Shown: piece by piece, positions 23,520 to 38,324 of the stretch | Layout: each line of letters begins with the position of its first letter | Position numbering within the stretch: position 1 is the first letter of the stretch | Assembly (NCBI GenBank): GCA_001244265.2 | Contig: CDLV01000007.1 | Coordinates: forward strand, 558,001-622,000 | Direction of reading: 5' to 3' | Origin: Microbotryum violaceum | Taxonomy: Eukaryota | Length of the DNA: 64,000 nucleotides | Notes under the pieces: generated by a model | Seen by the model: only the letters and a program-made list of their open reading frames with translations | Told to the model about the DNA's origin: nothing | Database searches by the model: none | Made by a program: the position numbers and the translations under genes

Positions 23520-26024
23520 CTAAATCTTCGGCGCCGCCAGCAACCATTGCCACAGCCCGTCTATTTGCTTGTAGTCATGATGCGCGACCGAAACGAGCCA
23601 CCTCGTGTCCGCTAGCTCGCGAATGAATTGGCGCGAGGCCGAGTTGGCCGGGTAGAGATGGGACCACTCGAGCCAGATGGCGAAGGCTTCCTCCTATGGA
23701 ATCAAAGTATGCAGGCTCCCGTCGGTGATTGAGTCAAATGGATGCTCGAGACGGGAAGGCACTTACACTCCATGCCTTGAAACTCATCTCCTCAATCAAC
23801 GTCGTCGTCACGATGTCCTGGGCGTTGAACACACCCCACGTGACGGCGTTGACATTGTCCTTCTTCATGTTGCTCCTCAACTTGCCCGCCCTATTCCCAG
23901 CGTACCACTTGATCAAGCCTTCCCCCTCGTCCTTCTCTTTCCTTGCTTTGGCATCCTCTTCGGCTCGTCGTTCCAATTGATCCAACTCTGCCTCGGTCAA
24001 GAAGAACTCGACGAAGGCTTTCTGGTAGACGTATCCACCCTTGGCACCGAACCCATAAACGGGATCGCCGGAAGGTGCACCGTCAACGGCAGGTTGGGAT
24101 CCGACGGTCCACCAATGGCGTTCGTCGTTGAGTCGGATCAGGTGTTGCGTTATCGTTTTCGTCTCGGCTCGCAGTGCTTCTTCGGACCATGGAATCGAAG
24201 CTTGTTTGCCAGAAAGATAGGAAGAAAAGATCTTGGAGACGTCGGCGAGTGTGGTGGGAGAACCCCATTGTCGAAGTGCCTCAGCAGGCTACGAGAAGAG
24301 ACCTTTTCGTATCAGCTGCAGTCCCTCGACGTCATGGAAGCGAATAGCCGAAACTCACAGTGAGCTTGAGTCCCACTCCGTATCCGTCCAAGTCACCATA
24401 GGCTGGACTTCGGGCATCACCGAATCGACCGTTGGGGAACTCGTCCCAACTGGTCGGACTATCCTTTCTCGCGCCTTGCCCGTCCACCCCCCCTTTTGAC
24501 CCTTTCCCTCTCAATAGCTCAACCTGCGAAGGTAACAGCGAAGAGGACTTGGATGCGTCGACGCCATTCGCTCGTGATTCCTTGATCAAGGGTGATGCTA
24601 GGGGATGCCCGACCCAGTCCAATTGCTCGAGCACTCGGCTAACGGACTTTTCCAAGTTGAGCGTGCACAGATGGTAACCTCTAATCCCGGCGTGCCAGAT
24701 TTCTCGCATCATCGAAACGGCAAGTCGCACACCGTAGTCTTTGACCGATTGATCGTCGTGCTGCGAGCGAATGTAGGCTGGAGAGTCAGATATCACCTCA
24801 GTTCGAAGGTCACGAACGGGCCTACCTGAATGAGCTCGAGATCCTTGACGATCTGGGGTGGGATGTGGCTCTTGCACAAGTTTGTCATGCGTCGGAAGGA
24901 CTGGTAGTTTTGGATGGGCATGATCCCCGGTAGTATGGGGATGGTGATACCTGATACGAGCAGAGTCAGTGCAAGGTCCCCAAAAAGGGCTTTCACACCT
25001 GTGGCGAACTTACCTTTGTCTCGACACGCCTTGTGCCACTTGAGGAACGTCTCGACGCAATAGAACAATTGGGTGACGACAAACTCGGCACCGGCTTGCT
25101 GTTTTGCGTAAAGGTAGTCAATGTCGGCCGACTTGTCCGCCGAGTCCGCGTGTCCTTCGGGGTAGCCTGTCGGTGACCCCATCGCGGTGACCCCATCGTC
25201 TCCAGTGTCAGCTTCCCGTGCCAGGGCCGCCTACTGACCTCGAAAGCGAACGAGAGAGCACTGACCTGCGACGCCGATGCAAAAGTCGTTCTCGTGGTGC
25301 TCTTTGATGTACGTGATTAGATCGGTCGCATGCTGGAATTCGCCATCTGAAGCGACCCAGTATTCCTCTCCTCTCGGTGGATCTGTGATGAGACAACAAC
25401 TTGCGAAATTAGCGATCGGAGATACTCTCGCCCAGACATCAGATTCGAATGAACTGACCTCCTCGTAACGCCAACAAATTTACTACACCCAGTTCTTTGG
25501 CCCTCTGTTATCATCAAACCACCGGACCGCATCAGCACTCGGCCCTTCGCACACCGTCTCGGCCCGCGGCTCCTGAGACGACCGACCCCCGGTCCGCCTT
25601 ACTGACCTTCAACGCCTCATCCAGCACACTCCTCTCCATGTTCGTGCACGTCAAATGCAAGCATGCGTCCAAGCCAAGTCCGTTCGTCTTGGAAACAATC
25701 GCTTCGGCCAATTGTAGAGAGGTCGAATGGGTCGATCCTCCGGCTCCCCACGTGACGTGAATCCATGACGGGTTGAGCGATGACATGCGAGACAGTCGGG
25801 AGATGAGGTTCGATACCCCGGGTGAGGTTTTGGGTGGAAACACCTGGATGAATCATGCGCAAGGACGGTCAGTATTGGCGTTCGTCGCCTCAGCAGATCG
25901 ACGGCGGGTGAGGATGGAGTTAAGCGCGGAGTAAGCCGAGAGCGCAATGGGGGCCTACCTCGAACGTGTAGAAGGGTTCATCCGGCCCAAGGGATGAGAT
26001 CTTGTCTGTTATCCGTCGAGACAT
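23520..26024 (-). CDS. Methylenetetrahydrofolate reductase (MET12-like paralogue), multi-exon
   Basis: FYTFE|VFPPKT, VTWGAGGS, CLHLTCTNM, LALRG|DPP, GYPEGH, VTQLFY, PGIMPIQNY, WDEFPNGRFGDARSPAYG, NAVTWGVF. The lack of a VRPIFW segment suggests the MET12 rather than MET13 type. Confidence 0.93.
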
Positions 26025-26869
26025 GATTCAGATGTGCCAGATGCGGATGCGGTTGGTGCGACGCCGGTCACAAGTCGAGATGCGAGCCGTAAGTCGAGCC
26101 GAAGGCCGACATCACATGCACGGCGGACTTCGGTCAATCCCGAGCGATCGAAGCTCAACGTCCAACGTTCAACATTCAACGACGCCCGACCTCATTCTCT
26201 CCTCTCACGACAAGGGGCGAACAGGTAATGGGAATCAAGCACAATTCATACATCTGCTAAAGATAGGTAGTAGGTAGACCAGAGCGGGCGCCAGTTGGAG
26301 GTACCTAGCAGCAGCAGCCAGCACACACACATGCCTCAAGCTAACAAGAAGGAAAACGAAGACGCGGTGCAATTTGGGGGGCGAAAACGGTCGGTTGGAT
26401 CTGGAACCGTGCAAACGATCGAGCTTGCACAGGACGAACAGTCCAAACGAAAGAAAACAGAGGAGGTGGGCGAGCAATAGGTCGAGTTGGTGGGTAGGCA
26501 GGTAGTTGAGCAAGGCAAGGCAGGTGGAGCGGGTGAAGGAGAGGGTCGCACAGAAAGATTTGCAAAAAAAAGCAGACGCGCATCGTCCGATTAAGAAATG
26601 TAACGCGGAGGCCAACAGGAGAACAGATTGGCGCGATAGAGCAGGCACGCAAGATCGAGAGAGTCGAAAGTGGGAAGGGGCAGAACATTAACGCTGGGTA
26701 GAGAGGTAGGAGAAGAAAAATGAGCTGGCGTGCACGACGGACTGAAGATCGACAGAGGGTCGCAAGGTGGGGTCGGGCAACAAAGAGGGTGGGTAGGCGA
26801 GTTGGGAAAGGTGAACAAGGGCGAGTAATCGGTCGGCGGCGAGCTCGTCAATTGGGTCGGAAATACATT

Positions 26870-28185
<1,316 letters not shown>

Positions 28186-29734
28186 CCTGGCAGGTGGGGG
28201 TCGAAGGACACCGCAACGTGTGGGAACAGAGTCTTGCTGTACGACACAGGTTAATCCAAAGGGAAGGCAAGGGCAGGCACGGGGAGATCGTCAGGTCAGT
28301 CAAGAGCGCGAACGAGATCGGCGGCGCAAGGCTGGAAGGGGGAACACGGTTGTGCTCTTCGCTCGAAACTGCTCAACACACTCGAACCGCGCCCGACGCT
28401 CTGACCGGGGCTAGCGGCCAGGCTCGGAGCCGAGCCGAAACCAAATACATCTTCCAATCGAAGCAACTCGAAAGCAAGCAGCAGAGTGCAGGACTGCTAG
28501 AAACACACGCCGAAACACCTGATTTTGCGCCTTCGAAGCAAGGCGTCGTCAATGGGCCCCTCGAATTCGTGCTCGTCTGTTTGACGAGTTCGTGATAACG
28601 TCGTCGTCGGTCTACGTCGGCAGTAGTGGCCGCTTCGGCGACGACCGCGACGCGCATGCGTGATCGGAAATTCGAGGGTGTTCAAAAACCGTCGTAACGG
28701 GGCAGTTGCTGAACACGCGCGCCCGCCACGCGCAACATGCAGCAAAGCTAAGGGCGCAAACCCGGACACAGAACCCCCAGCCGCGTTTGTATTGAGCCGG
28801 AGCAAAGGGCGATAAGGACGGGCCATTGACGTCTTCTATTGCCTTCTGAGCCTGGGAGGCGCTGGGGATCCCCGACCGTGAGCTGGTGGGCCCAACAGCG
28901 GCCCAGCAGAGGCCCAGCAGAGGCATACAGTGCGGGGGTCAGGGCCCATATAGCACACAAGGCGAGATCAACGGTCGCCAGAGCTTAGGCCTTCGAGGTT
29001 GCAGAGACATCGTGAGCATCTTCCGAGGTCGAGTTCCGTCGCCGAGTGCATGCGCCGTCGCCATCATCGACCGACTCGGCGGACTCGCCGTCCGGCGCTC
29101 CGGCCCATCCAGCACCAGTGCACGTCGGCCGCCTTTGACCGGAGAGATGGGTCGATCTCACGCGGACAGCCCGCATCTGTCGTCGCCGTCGCATGCACAC
29201 ACTGAACCACGAACACGACTAGAGCCCATTGCTCGAGAAAGAAGAACAATAACCCACCAAGGAGTGCTTGTGACGGTGCAAGGCGGTCAGACAGCTGGTC
29301 GACGGTCAAGCTGAGCAAGCAATGGGGCCCAACGCACACGGTGCGAGCACGGGGAGAAAAATGCGGTCGAGCGGTCGAGTCGACGAGCAGAAATATTGGG
29401 CTTGAAGGGAGCAGCGTTTGATGGTCGCGGATCGAACAGAAAAAGGTATGGAGAGTGTTGCGGGAGGGGGAGGGGGGAGGGGTACAAACGAAGAGGCCCG
29501 TGGATAGCGACCGTTCCAACGCTAATAGACGCTAATTGGACTCTATTGGACTCATTGAAGCCCACCCGCCGCAATGAGCCGGTATCTAATCAACAGGCGC
29601 GGGCGACTTGAACGTTTCTAATGCGCAATAGATCGTGAAGCCGGGCCCGCGTGCCTGTCAGGTCGGTCACTCGCGTCGACCCTCAACTGCTCCACTTCGC
29701 TCAAATCACCACGACCCAAACGCGCAACGACAGC

Positions 29735-31209
29735 ATGGCGCCTCGAAAAACATCGGCTCGGAAAGCGTCAGGAGCAGCAGCGAAGAAGGGGAAGGCGGCA
29801 GCCGTCGCCGAGTCATTCGCATTGGATCATGATATCGAGCAACCAGCACCGATTCCAGTCGACGAACACGAATCCACACCGACCACGACAAGCCAGGCCG
29901 AGGAGCCCCAGGCGTCGTCTTCCTCCGCCTCAGCGTCAACAGAAGCAGCAGTAACAGAAGAGGCTGAGTCTACAACAGCAGCAACAGGATCTGAAGGAGG
30001 GCAAAGCGCAGCAGCAGCACCGACGCCGTCGCTGACACCAGCGGAACGTCTTGCCAAAGTCAAAGTATTGAGACAACGCATGGTCAGTAGCTGTTGAGAG
30101 GCGAAATATGGCAACGAAAATGGGACACTGACGGTATGCTATGTCTGCGCAACGCTCCGGCAGACCGAATCGGCCAAAGCGAACAAGCAAGACCTCATCA
30201 CCGAGTCGAACCAACGCCGTGACTCGGCTCGGAACCTCGCTAAACTCGAACGCAAACGACAGCAAGCCGAAGCGATGGGAGAGAAACAGCAGGCCCTCGA
30301 GACGGGCGAGGATCTCGAACGGAAGCGGGCTTGGGACTACACGATCGAGGACAACGAGCGGTGGGACAAGAAGGTTGCGAGGAAGAACCGGAGGGCAGAA
30401 TTCAGCTTCACCGGTGCGCCAAGATTTGTACAGTATGCCACGTTTGATTCAGCTTCCTGATGATGTCATTCCTCCGGTATCGAGTAGACTACGATGACAT
30501 CGCTCGCCGCAAGTACAAAAAGGTCCGTGTTAAAACTTGCACTACCACTGCCTCCGATATACCGAGCTGAACCCTCCGTCATCTCTTGATAACGTGTTAT
30601 TACAGGACATGGACGTCTTCAAACCCGATCACAAGGCATACAACGCGCAACGTGCCGCAGCTCATGATGCGGCCGCGCTCGTCGCGTCTTCTTCCTCGAA
30701 CCCGGACGCCGGCGCACTTTTGGCCGCGCAAGATCTGTATCGAGATGCCAACTCGTTCGTCTATGCCGATCACAAACCGAGCGAGGATGCGATCGATCGC
30801 GTCATTGGCAAGATCAACCTTGAGTACGCAATGCCTTTTGTCCGAGCTCCCGCGTCTATGCGCAGCTGTGCTGAAGTGATCCTCACTACCGTGTGCAGTC
30901 TAAACGCCAGGGAGAATCGCAGTCGGGAAAGGAAGAACGAGGTCGAGGGGGATATCACATACATCAACGAAAAGGTATGCTGGCTTCAGATGTGGTCCTT
31001 CGTCGGCTTTGAGTGGCACTGACCAATTTCGTTCCTCTGATCCTTCCATATGCAGAACAAGCACTTCAACAAAAAGGTCATCCTCTGCTCACTTTCTTCG
31101 AGTGGCCTTCTTGATACTAATACGTCTATTGTTCGTACAGCTGGAGCGCTACTACGACGCCGTTACGAAGGACATTCGCGACTCGTTCGAGCGTGGTACC
31201 GCATTGTAG
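29735..31209 (+). CDS. SYF2: Pre-mRNA splicing factor Syf2 (NTC)
   Basis: GEDLERKRAWDYTIEDNERWDKK, YADHKPSEDAIDRVI, DITYINEK|NKHFNKK|LERYYDAVTKDIRDSFERGTAL*. Confidence 0.93.
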
Positions 31210-31569
31210 TCTCTTTCGGGAACTATGCCCTTACCGTAGCATGTTTATGTGTATGCTGTAATCCTGATTGGTTGTATGCCGTAGTGGTGCACGGAGATGC
31301 TAGCCAATTCGTCGGCGAGCTCCTCTTTCCGATCGCTAGGAGACGCGTCTCCTGTCCCCGCGTCGAGCCTGCTCCTCGGCTGCGCCTTTTGCCTCTGGAT
31401 AACCCGCGTTCCTTCACCGTGTGCCTTTATGTCACCTTTTCATCACTCTCTTCCATTGGCGAAGTATGTAATCCTCCTCCCCTTGAAAGTACGAGACTCG
31501 CCTGAAGATGATCATCACTGTTTTGTCCCAGCAGCTGCTCGTTCCATCTTTGTACGACCCACCAGCGCG

Positions 31570-32739
31570 ATGTCCAAGCGACCGTCCCGAGCATCGACGA
31601 GCCACGTCAAGTCATACAAGGAGGACGAGCTTGAGTTGAGCGGCCGCATGGTTGGTGGTCGTGGTCGTGGGGGTGGTGAGAGGATGGGCATCAATGAGAA
31701 GCAGGGCGGGCCGCTACAAGTAACTGGTGGGCCCGCCTGGGGAGTGCCCGTTGGGGATGCTGAGGATGACGACGACGATGACGAAGACGAAGGAGATGAA
31801 GAAGATATCAGGTCAGTATCAGCTAGATGGTCTACGTCAGATTCTCGACCTGAATCTATTTCGGAATGTCATGCCTTGGCGAATTGCACAGCTCGGTCTA
31901 TCTCCAAGCTATCCGAGTACACCACCACCATTGACCCTCTTCTCTGGCTTGGTCTCAGCTCGGACTGATGCATCAGTATCTTCGACCTCACTCTAGGCAT
32001 ACGAGAGTATGGCGTTGAAGAAGGACCAACGACGAGCTGAAAAAGCGCTCAAAGATGCTCGAGCAATCCTCACCGCCACCTCCAACGAGGTCGACGGCAA
32101 TGTACGAGCAGCGATGGCGAAAGCGTGAGTCGGCCTTGATCCGTCGACTCGTGCGACATTCGTGTTGAGAATCATGAGTGGTTCGATTTGTGATTACGCT
32201 CTCAGGGATCAAATGGTCAAACAAGCCAGCGAAGCTGCAGCGAAAGCCACCCGCGAATCTCAAGAAAACCCTTCAGCGCAGTGGGCGATCGCGTTCAGCT
32301 CGCAACATGCCGTCGCCGAACAAGTGACACAAGGGTTTGATACGTTGCGCGAGGACCTCAAGTCGAGGGACGGTCAGCTGTTCCAAGAGATGATTGAAGC
32401 ATGTGAGTTTGCAGCTGAAACGGTCTCCTCTGTCCAAATCGTCTTTGGAAGAGCCGAACTGAGTGCTCCCAACGAGAATTTATTGCCACTCACTCGATCA
32501 GTTACGGAGCGCTCCTCGCGCAACAAGAAGGTTTTCAAGAAATTCAAGCAAGCTGTAGCCGCCCAAGAACACGAGGCGATCGAAATGGCCAGGGTAAGAG
32601 TCCCTTTTTCCCGATGTTGTTCCACCGCTTGGGATCATGCTCACACGAATGGATGATGTTCGGGCTTTGGCCTGCTCAGATGTACGAAGAGAGTGCGAGG
32701 GCCCAGATCAGATACTTCAAAGCAGCTGCAAAAGCTTGA
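31570..32739 (+). CDS. Hypothetical small protein: acidic/disordered N-terminus + C-terminal coiled coil
   Basis: Spliced exons MSKRPSRASTSHVKSYKEDEL...DDDDDDEDEGDEE...MALKKDQRRAEKALKDARAIL...DQMVKQASEAAAK...FKKFKQAVAAQEHEAIEMAR|MYEESARAQIRYFKAAAKA*. Confidence 0.6.
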
Positions 32740-33008
32740 CGTTGAGACTTGATGAGAATGTGTCTGTGAAATTGAAGATGAAGTGTGCCTGCCGTGAAAT
32801 TTCCCGAGTGCTGACCCGAGCTAGGTTTGGCGGCGGCAGCGGTAAGGCGTCCACCAGCTCTGCAGCGTCCACCGGTTCACCAGCCTCCAGCACCGTACCA
32901 GCCTGTACCAGCGACCCCCTGTTTGATCAGCCTGTGCGAGCGGCCCGCCTGTCGCGCCTCTGGCTTCTGACTATCTTCCCCACCTCACGAGCCCAAGACG
33001 CAGCCACC

Positions 33009-34987
33009 ATGGGTCGCCGAGCTGTTCGTCCCACACTTATGGGTGCCGTCTAAGTATTCTTGAGCTGACATGCCAGGTCGTACCTCTCACGTGTCCGGCC
33101 ACAGGAAGTCCAGCGCAAGCTGCTCGAACAGCTGATGGGAGCGGGTCAGTCCTCGTCTCTCCTCGCTAGCGTGTAGCACTACTGTGAAGTGAACCTAGTA
33201 CCGATACGATCCACCTTGACCACTGCTCCAGAGTCGATGGGTATCGTCACGGTGACGCCGTCGCTGTGGGACCCCAAGGTCTGCCGCGCCTTCGTCACAG
33301 GTGTATGCACCCACGATCTCTTCACAAACACTGTCAGTGCACCCTTTGAATCTGTATCAGTCTCATTTACCTGCAAGCTGATCCTGGGGATATGCACTTT
33401 TACTGGGCCCTTGCGCTTGCGTACACACACTCCATCTCCTTGTCCCTCCTCACGCAACCTCACGCACCTTTAAACCCGCGAATCACGACACGGTTTATCT
33501 TCGACACAGAAAATGGATCTAGGCACTTGCCCTCGCGTGCACTCACCCAAACTCAAGAACGAATACGATGCTCTGCGAGCCAAGGCGGAGGCGGAGGAGG
33601 ATCAGGTCAAGATCAAGGAGTTGAACCGCCTCAGGCTCGACTTTGAGCAGCAGGTGAGTTCCGGTGCGACTATATAGTGGGAGTGATTGGAGCTGACTTG
33701 TAATCGACTTCAACAGACCTTGGCCTTTGTGGAAGAGTGTGATCGTCGCATCCGAATGGCCCAGCGTCGTCTAGAGAAGACGCCCGAAGAGAACGCCCGA
33801 TTCGTCAATCTGGTAGGTGCAGAGCTCAATGATATATGTTGGTCAAGACACTCAGAGGCTAATGGCTACGTTCTACAGATGCGTGAGATCGGCGAGGTCG
33901 AGGGCGCCTACCAAGCCGCGATGGCCGAGGTGGAGTTACTCGGTCAGTTTTGAGCTTAAACAACGGGGTACTTAGGATGGATTGCTCATCAATCTCTATT
34001 TCACTCTATCTATCCGACAGGATCGGAGGGAAAGGTCGAAGAATCGCTTGCCCAGCTCACAAAGGCCGAGGCGTTGAAGAGCGAAAAGGAGGAGAAGGAA
34101 CGCGAGCTGCAGAACCTGTCCGAGACCGCCGGTGCATCGGGTCACCAGAAGCTGCGAGTGTGCGATATCTGTGGTGCCTATCTTTCGTTGCTCGACTCGG
34201 ATCGTCGTCTTGCGGATCACTTCGGCGGAAGGGTAAACTTTTTCGCGCATGCCTGACGGAACTTTGCTCCGGTGCGGATCGAGCTGACGGTCCCTTGCAT
34301 TTTGGCAACGCACAGATGCACTTGGGATATCACCAATTGCGTATCATGATGGACGAATGGCGTACCCGAGGACCTCTTGCAACCGGGCCAGCACCTTCGC
34401 ACAACGGGGGTGCACCGAACGGATCTGCGCACCCCCCTCCTTCAGGGCCTCCGCCTTCGAGCGCATCTTCCGGTCCTGCGTCTTACCGACCACCGTCTTC
34501 TGCTCCCCTCTCGCGACCGCCACCGAGTGGACCGATGGTGCCGTCTGGCCCTCCTGCCCCCGGCTTTGTTCCCGCGGCCGGCCCTGCGAGCGCGACGTCT
34601 TCGGGCCGCGACCGCAGTGATCGCGACCGGAGTGACCGGGACCGCGACTCCTACCGCAGTGATCGAGATCGCGAACGCGGTTCGAGGGATGATCGAGACA
34701 GAGAGAGGGACGGTGGCGAGCGTCGTTCGGACCGTGATCGTAGCGACCGAGACCGTGATGGGCACCGCAGCTCACGAGAGGATCGGGACCGAGACCATCG
34801 CGGTTCTCGGGATGAACGTGACTCATATCGCTCTTCACGTCGATCCGAGGATGATAGGGATCGAGGCGATCGTCGATCGTCGAAGAGGTACGATGATGGT
34901 GACGAGTCGAGACCGTTGTCGTCGAGGAGGATGGACGATGCCGAGGATCGTTTGGACGGCGATAAGAGGAGGAAGATTGAGGCGTGA
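33009..34987 (+). CDS. LUC7: U1 snRNP-associated protein Luc7 with RD/RS-rich tail
   Basis: MGRRA|EVQRKLLEQLMG..., zinc finger VCRAFVTGVCTHDLFTNT|KMDLGTCPRVH, second finger QKLRVCDICGAYLSLLDSDRRLADHFGG|MHLGY, and an Arg/Asp-rich C-terminus. Confidence 0.95.
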
Positions 34988-35583
34988 AAAATCGGGGACC
35001 CAACCCAGAGGAAGATTGGGGCTTGAAACTGACCAAGGGCTTTTCGAGAACTTGCCTACGGACTCATCTCATAACTTAGCTGCTCTTTCTAGTCAAGCTG
35101 CGAATTGAATGTATATCTACCACATGCTTGCTCAGGCATGGCGAGGCGCACAGGGAGATGTTCGAACGACCGATGCCATAAGGCTCAAGGCTATAACGCG
35201 CCGCGACGCGCGCTCCAATGACCTGACGACGCGTTCATGACCAAGATATTGCCACTCCGTCGCCTAAACTCAGAGGAGCCTTGCTGACGATATGCATCGT
35301 TCTTCTGGACCGAACAGTTGATTGTTTTTCTAGAGTGCAGCCCTTCTAGCTTGGACGAGTAATCATGCCGTATGTCAAAGCTCTTGAAAGCTCGAATGTA
35401 TCTCGCGCGCGTCGGGTGCCGTTGCAACGTCAGCCCAGATCGCTTCCGCGACCAGTGACGGCGGCTCCCCTTTGCGACAAGCTGGCAGAACTCCTCACGT
35501 TGCAGGCCGACCACAAAAGTGTGTTCCAAGCAACCGTAGATACTATCTCAACCCCTTGCATTCCTGCTCAACTGAGAGCAAAG

Positions 35584-37942
35584 ATGTGAGTCTCCTCTAT
35601 ACCCCTGTGACTCGGCCGTCCTCGGCGCCGCCATCGTCCAGATGCGGAACGCAGCGCATCGCATCGGCATTACTGCCTGCCAGCATGGCAGATGATGAGA
35701 AAAAACTGGGTTCGAGCGCGCGTACTGACGCACTATGTAATATCCTAGGGCACCACCCGTCATGTCCCAGACGAGCTTGGCGGACCGTATCGCCCGACTG
35801 AACCTCGCCGATGGTTCGACCTCGTCGTCGTCGGACAATGATGGGGCCTCGACTTCAGCAAGCGCAGGCGCCTCGTCCCAGCTCCGCACCACAGGCGCAG
35901 TCGGTCGTATCAGCGACAAGATCAGTCGATTTCAAGCCAACGCCGAGGATGCCCCGCTCGTACCCCTTGGCTCGTTCGGTTTGGGTGGCGTGCGGCGTGA
36001 ACCGAGCTCCGGCATAAGTGGGGCCGCGAGCGACCGTCGAGTCGCCAGTCTCGGTCTCGGGCGAGCCGCTGTTCCTCTGGCTTCCGTCACGCCAATTAGG
36101 AGCGTCAGCTCGGGTGTTCCTAGCAGTTCTCCGACCCCCAAAATCGGTGGAAGCAACTTCAGCACGAGGTCGTCCTCCCCTACCGCGACCTTCTCCCCGA
36201 CCGCTCCTGGTCTTGCTTCGATGACGAGCACGATCGACGCCAGCCGCCAGGATTCGGCCGGTGGCGATGATGCGGGGTCGAGTGCTGGTACACCTACATC
36301 ATCAAGAGCATCGTCGCAATACGGGGGCCTTAGCGCCGACCTAAAGTCGTCCTCGAGTGGCGGCTCAGATATGCTGGCCCACGATCGCGGCTTGTTAACA
36401 CGGCATGATTCTTCGCTCAGCGTCGCAAGCAGCGAGACTACCGCCGCCGGTTCCGAGTCCTCTCTCAACGTCGAGACAGGTAGTCTCACCAGCGAGCTTG
36501 GCCCCGACCCCAAAAGCATCACCATCGCCGACTTGCTCACGGCCGGCGCCAACTCACCCCTGTCCTCCCCTGTTCTGTCGGCACTTGTCAACCCCGTCGA
36601 AATTACCGTCGACGAACCCGAGGTCTCGTCCCGCTGGACAACGGCCGGTGGATCGCCTCGTGCTTTCAACAAACCCCTCAAGGGCCCCCTTGATGCGCTC
36701 AAGACGCCCTCTAGATCGCGTTCGAGCGTGTCTGTATCGTCGATGCTCGTCGAGACGGGCAGCACCACGAGTGAGGATGGCGACGGTCAGAACACGACGA
36801 GCGAAGGACCCTTGACACCCCGCGCCGAGGAAGAAGAGAAGCCGTTCCCGACGACCGTCGGCCCTGCAGACGATGAGGAGGAGAGTTCGGGTATGGCGAC
36901 GCCGAACCGCAGCGAGCAGGACGAGGAAGCTCGAGAACAGGCGACCAAAGCCGAGTTGGAAAAGTACGAAGGCGAGGAGTTTGACGCGGTTGCTCCTCGT
37001 TTCGCGGAAGGCGAGGAGGAAAAAAATTCAGTCGAGACCCCGGCCCCGGTGGTATCGGCCGAAGCGAGTGATTCTTACGGCGACATGCTCGACGACTATG
37101 GCTCGCCAACGCCCGACCAGCCCAAGAGCCCCATCTCGCCGATGCCAGGAGGCATGCCCATGGTCAAGTGCAGCGATTGCGGTGCGAACGTCGACTTGAT
37201 GGAGCTTGTTGACCACGTCTGTGCACCCGCATCCTCGGCCTCGCCCTCTGCTTCCATTGCGCAGACCCAATCGAGCAAGTCGTTCCCGGCGCCTCCGAAA
37301 GTGTCCGCGCCACCCTCGGGTCGAAACGCCGGCGCCATGACGCCTTCGGCCTCGCGTGATGACGTTCGACGTGGTACGAGCGATCGTTACGACTCGCCGT
37401 CGAGTTCACCGACGCGAACGCGCACCGAACCGAACGCTTTTATCCCGCAGACCGAGAGCCTCGTCCCCGACGACATCCTTGACGCTTACGATGAAGAAGA
37501 CGACGACATCATGGACCCGCAGGCCGCTCGTCCCACTGGTGCGACCACGACCCAATCTTCCGGCGCCGACCTGCCAGATGATGTCGGCCTTGATCATGAT
37601 TATGACGACCTTTCGTCGCCCGTCCATCTGCCTCCTCACCCCTCTGTCGTTCAATGCGATGTTTCCGACCTACTTGAAGGCGTCGACGAGGATCCCGACC
37701 CCCTCGCGAGCTCGACTGCAACACTCTCTGCGTCTCCAACGACGAAGACAAGCAAGTCCGACTTGTTAGGCCGAACAGAGTCGGCGCGACGCCGAGAATC
37801 GCCCAAAAGCGTCTACGACATGGTTGGTGGTGCGACGTACGACTCGGACGACGACTACGAAGGCGGCTCGGCGCAAATCGTTTCGGTCACTCACGCGTCT
37901 CATTCACCGACCATCCATAGGAAGTTAGGGTTAAAGCCCTAG
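35584..37942 (+). CDS. Ser/Pro-rich disordered protein with a single CxxC..HxC zinc-binding motif
   Basis: 726-aa ORF at 35762-37942 containing VKCSDCGANVDLMELVDHVC. An intron at 35586-35748 would add AT|G-GCA-CCA-CCC-GTC in frame. Confidence 0.75.
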
Positions 37943-38324
37943 ACACTTTCTGATCCGCCAGGAATTCGGTTTTTCTACTGAGCAGCATTTGTTACAAACC
38001 TTTCCTTCCTCTACCTAACTCACGCATCCCTTCACGTTTCGACGATGGCTTTTTTTTTCCCCATTTGATTCGACGTGTGCCCGAAAAAAACGCGCATCTC
38101 CCCACCTCTTCCTTTTGATGAATAATGTTTCTCTTTTTGTCTTTCAAAGTATGCAATTCGCAAATCATTGAGTTTTACCAAGAAAACCCTCTCATTAGCT
38201 GGTCAGAGCGTGTCCCGAGGCGGGCTGGCGCGGGCGTTACTCTGACAGCTCTATCTCACTTCGCACGAAGCCAACGTCCGTTTGGCTGTTTGGCTCGCGG
38301 CGTTTTATTTTCTCGGGCATCAAC

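Noticed and set aside
34606-34880. GATCG/GACCG-type repeats resembling a repeat array
   Set aside because: They encode the Arg-Asp-Ser dipeptide tail of Luc7. Not CRISPR-like or non-coding.
34344-36768. Long antisense or alternate-frame ORFs over LUC7 and the Ser-rich gene (similar ones lie over the Rad9-like and arrestin genes)
   Set aside because: Expected shadow ORFs in GC-rich, low-complexity coding sequence, with no independent motifs.
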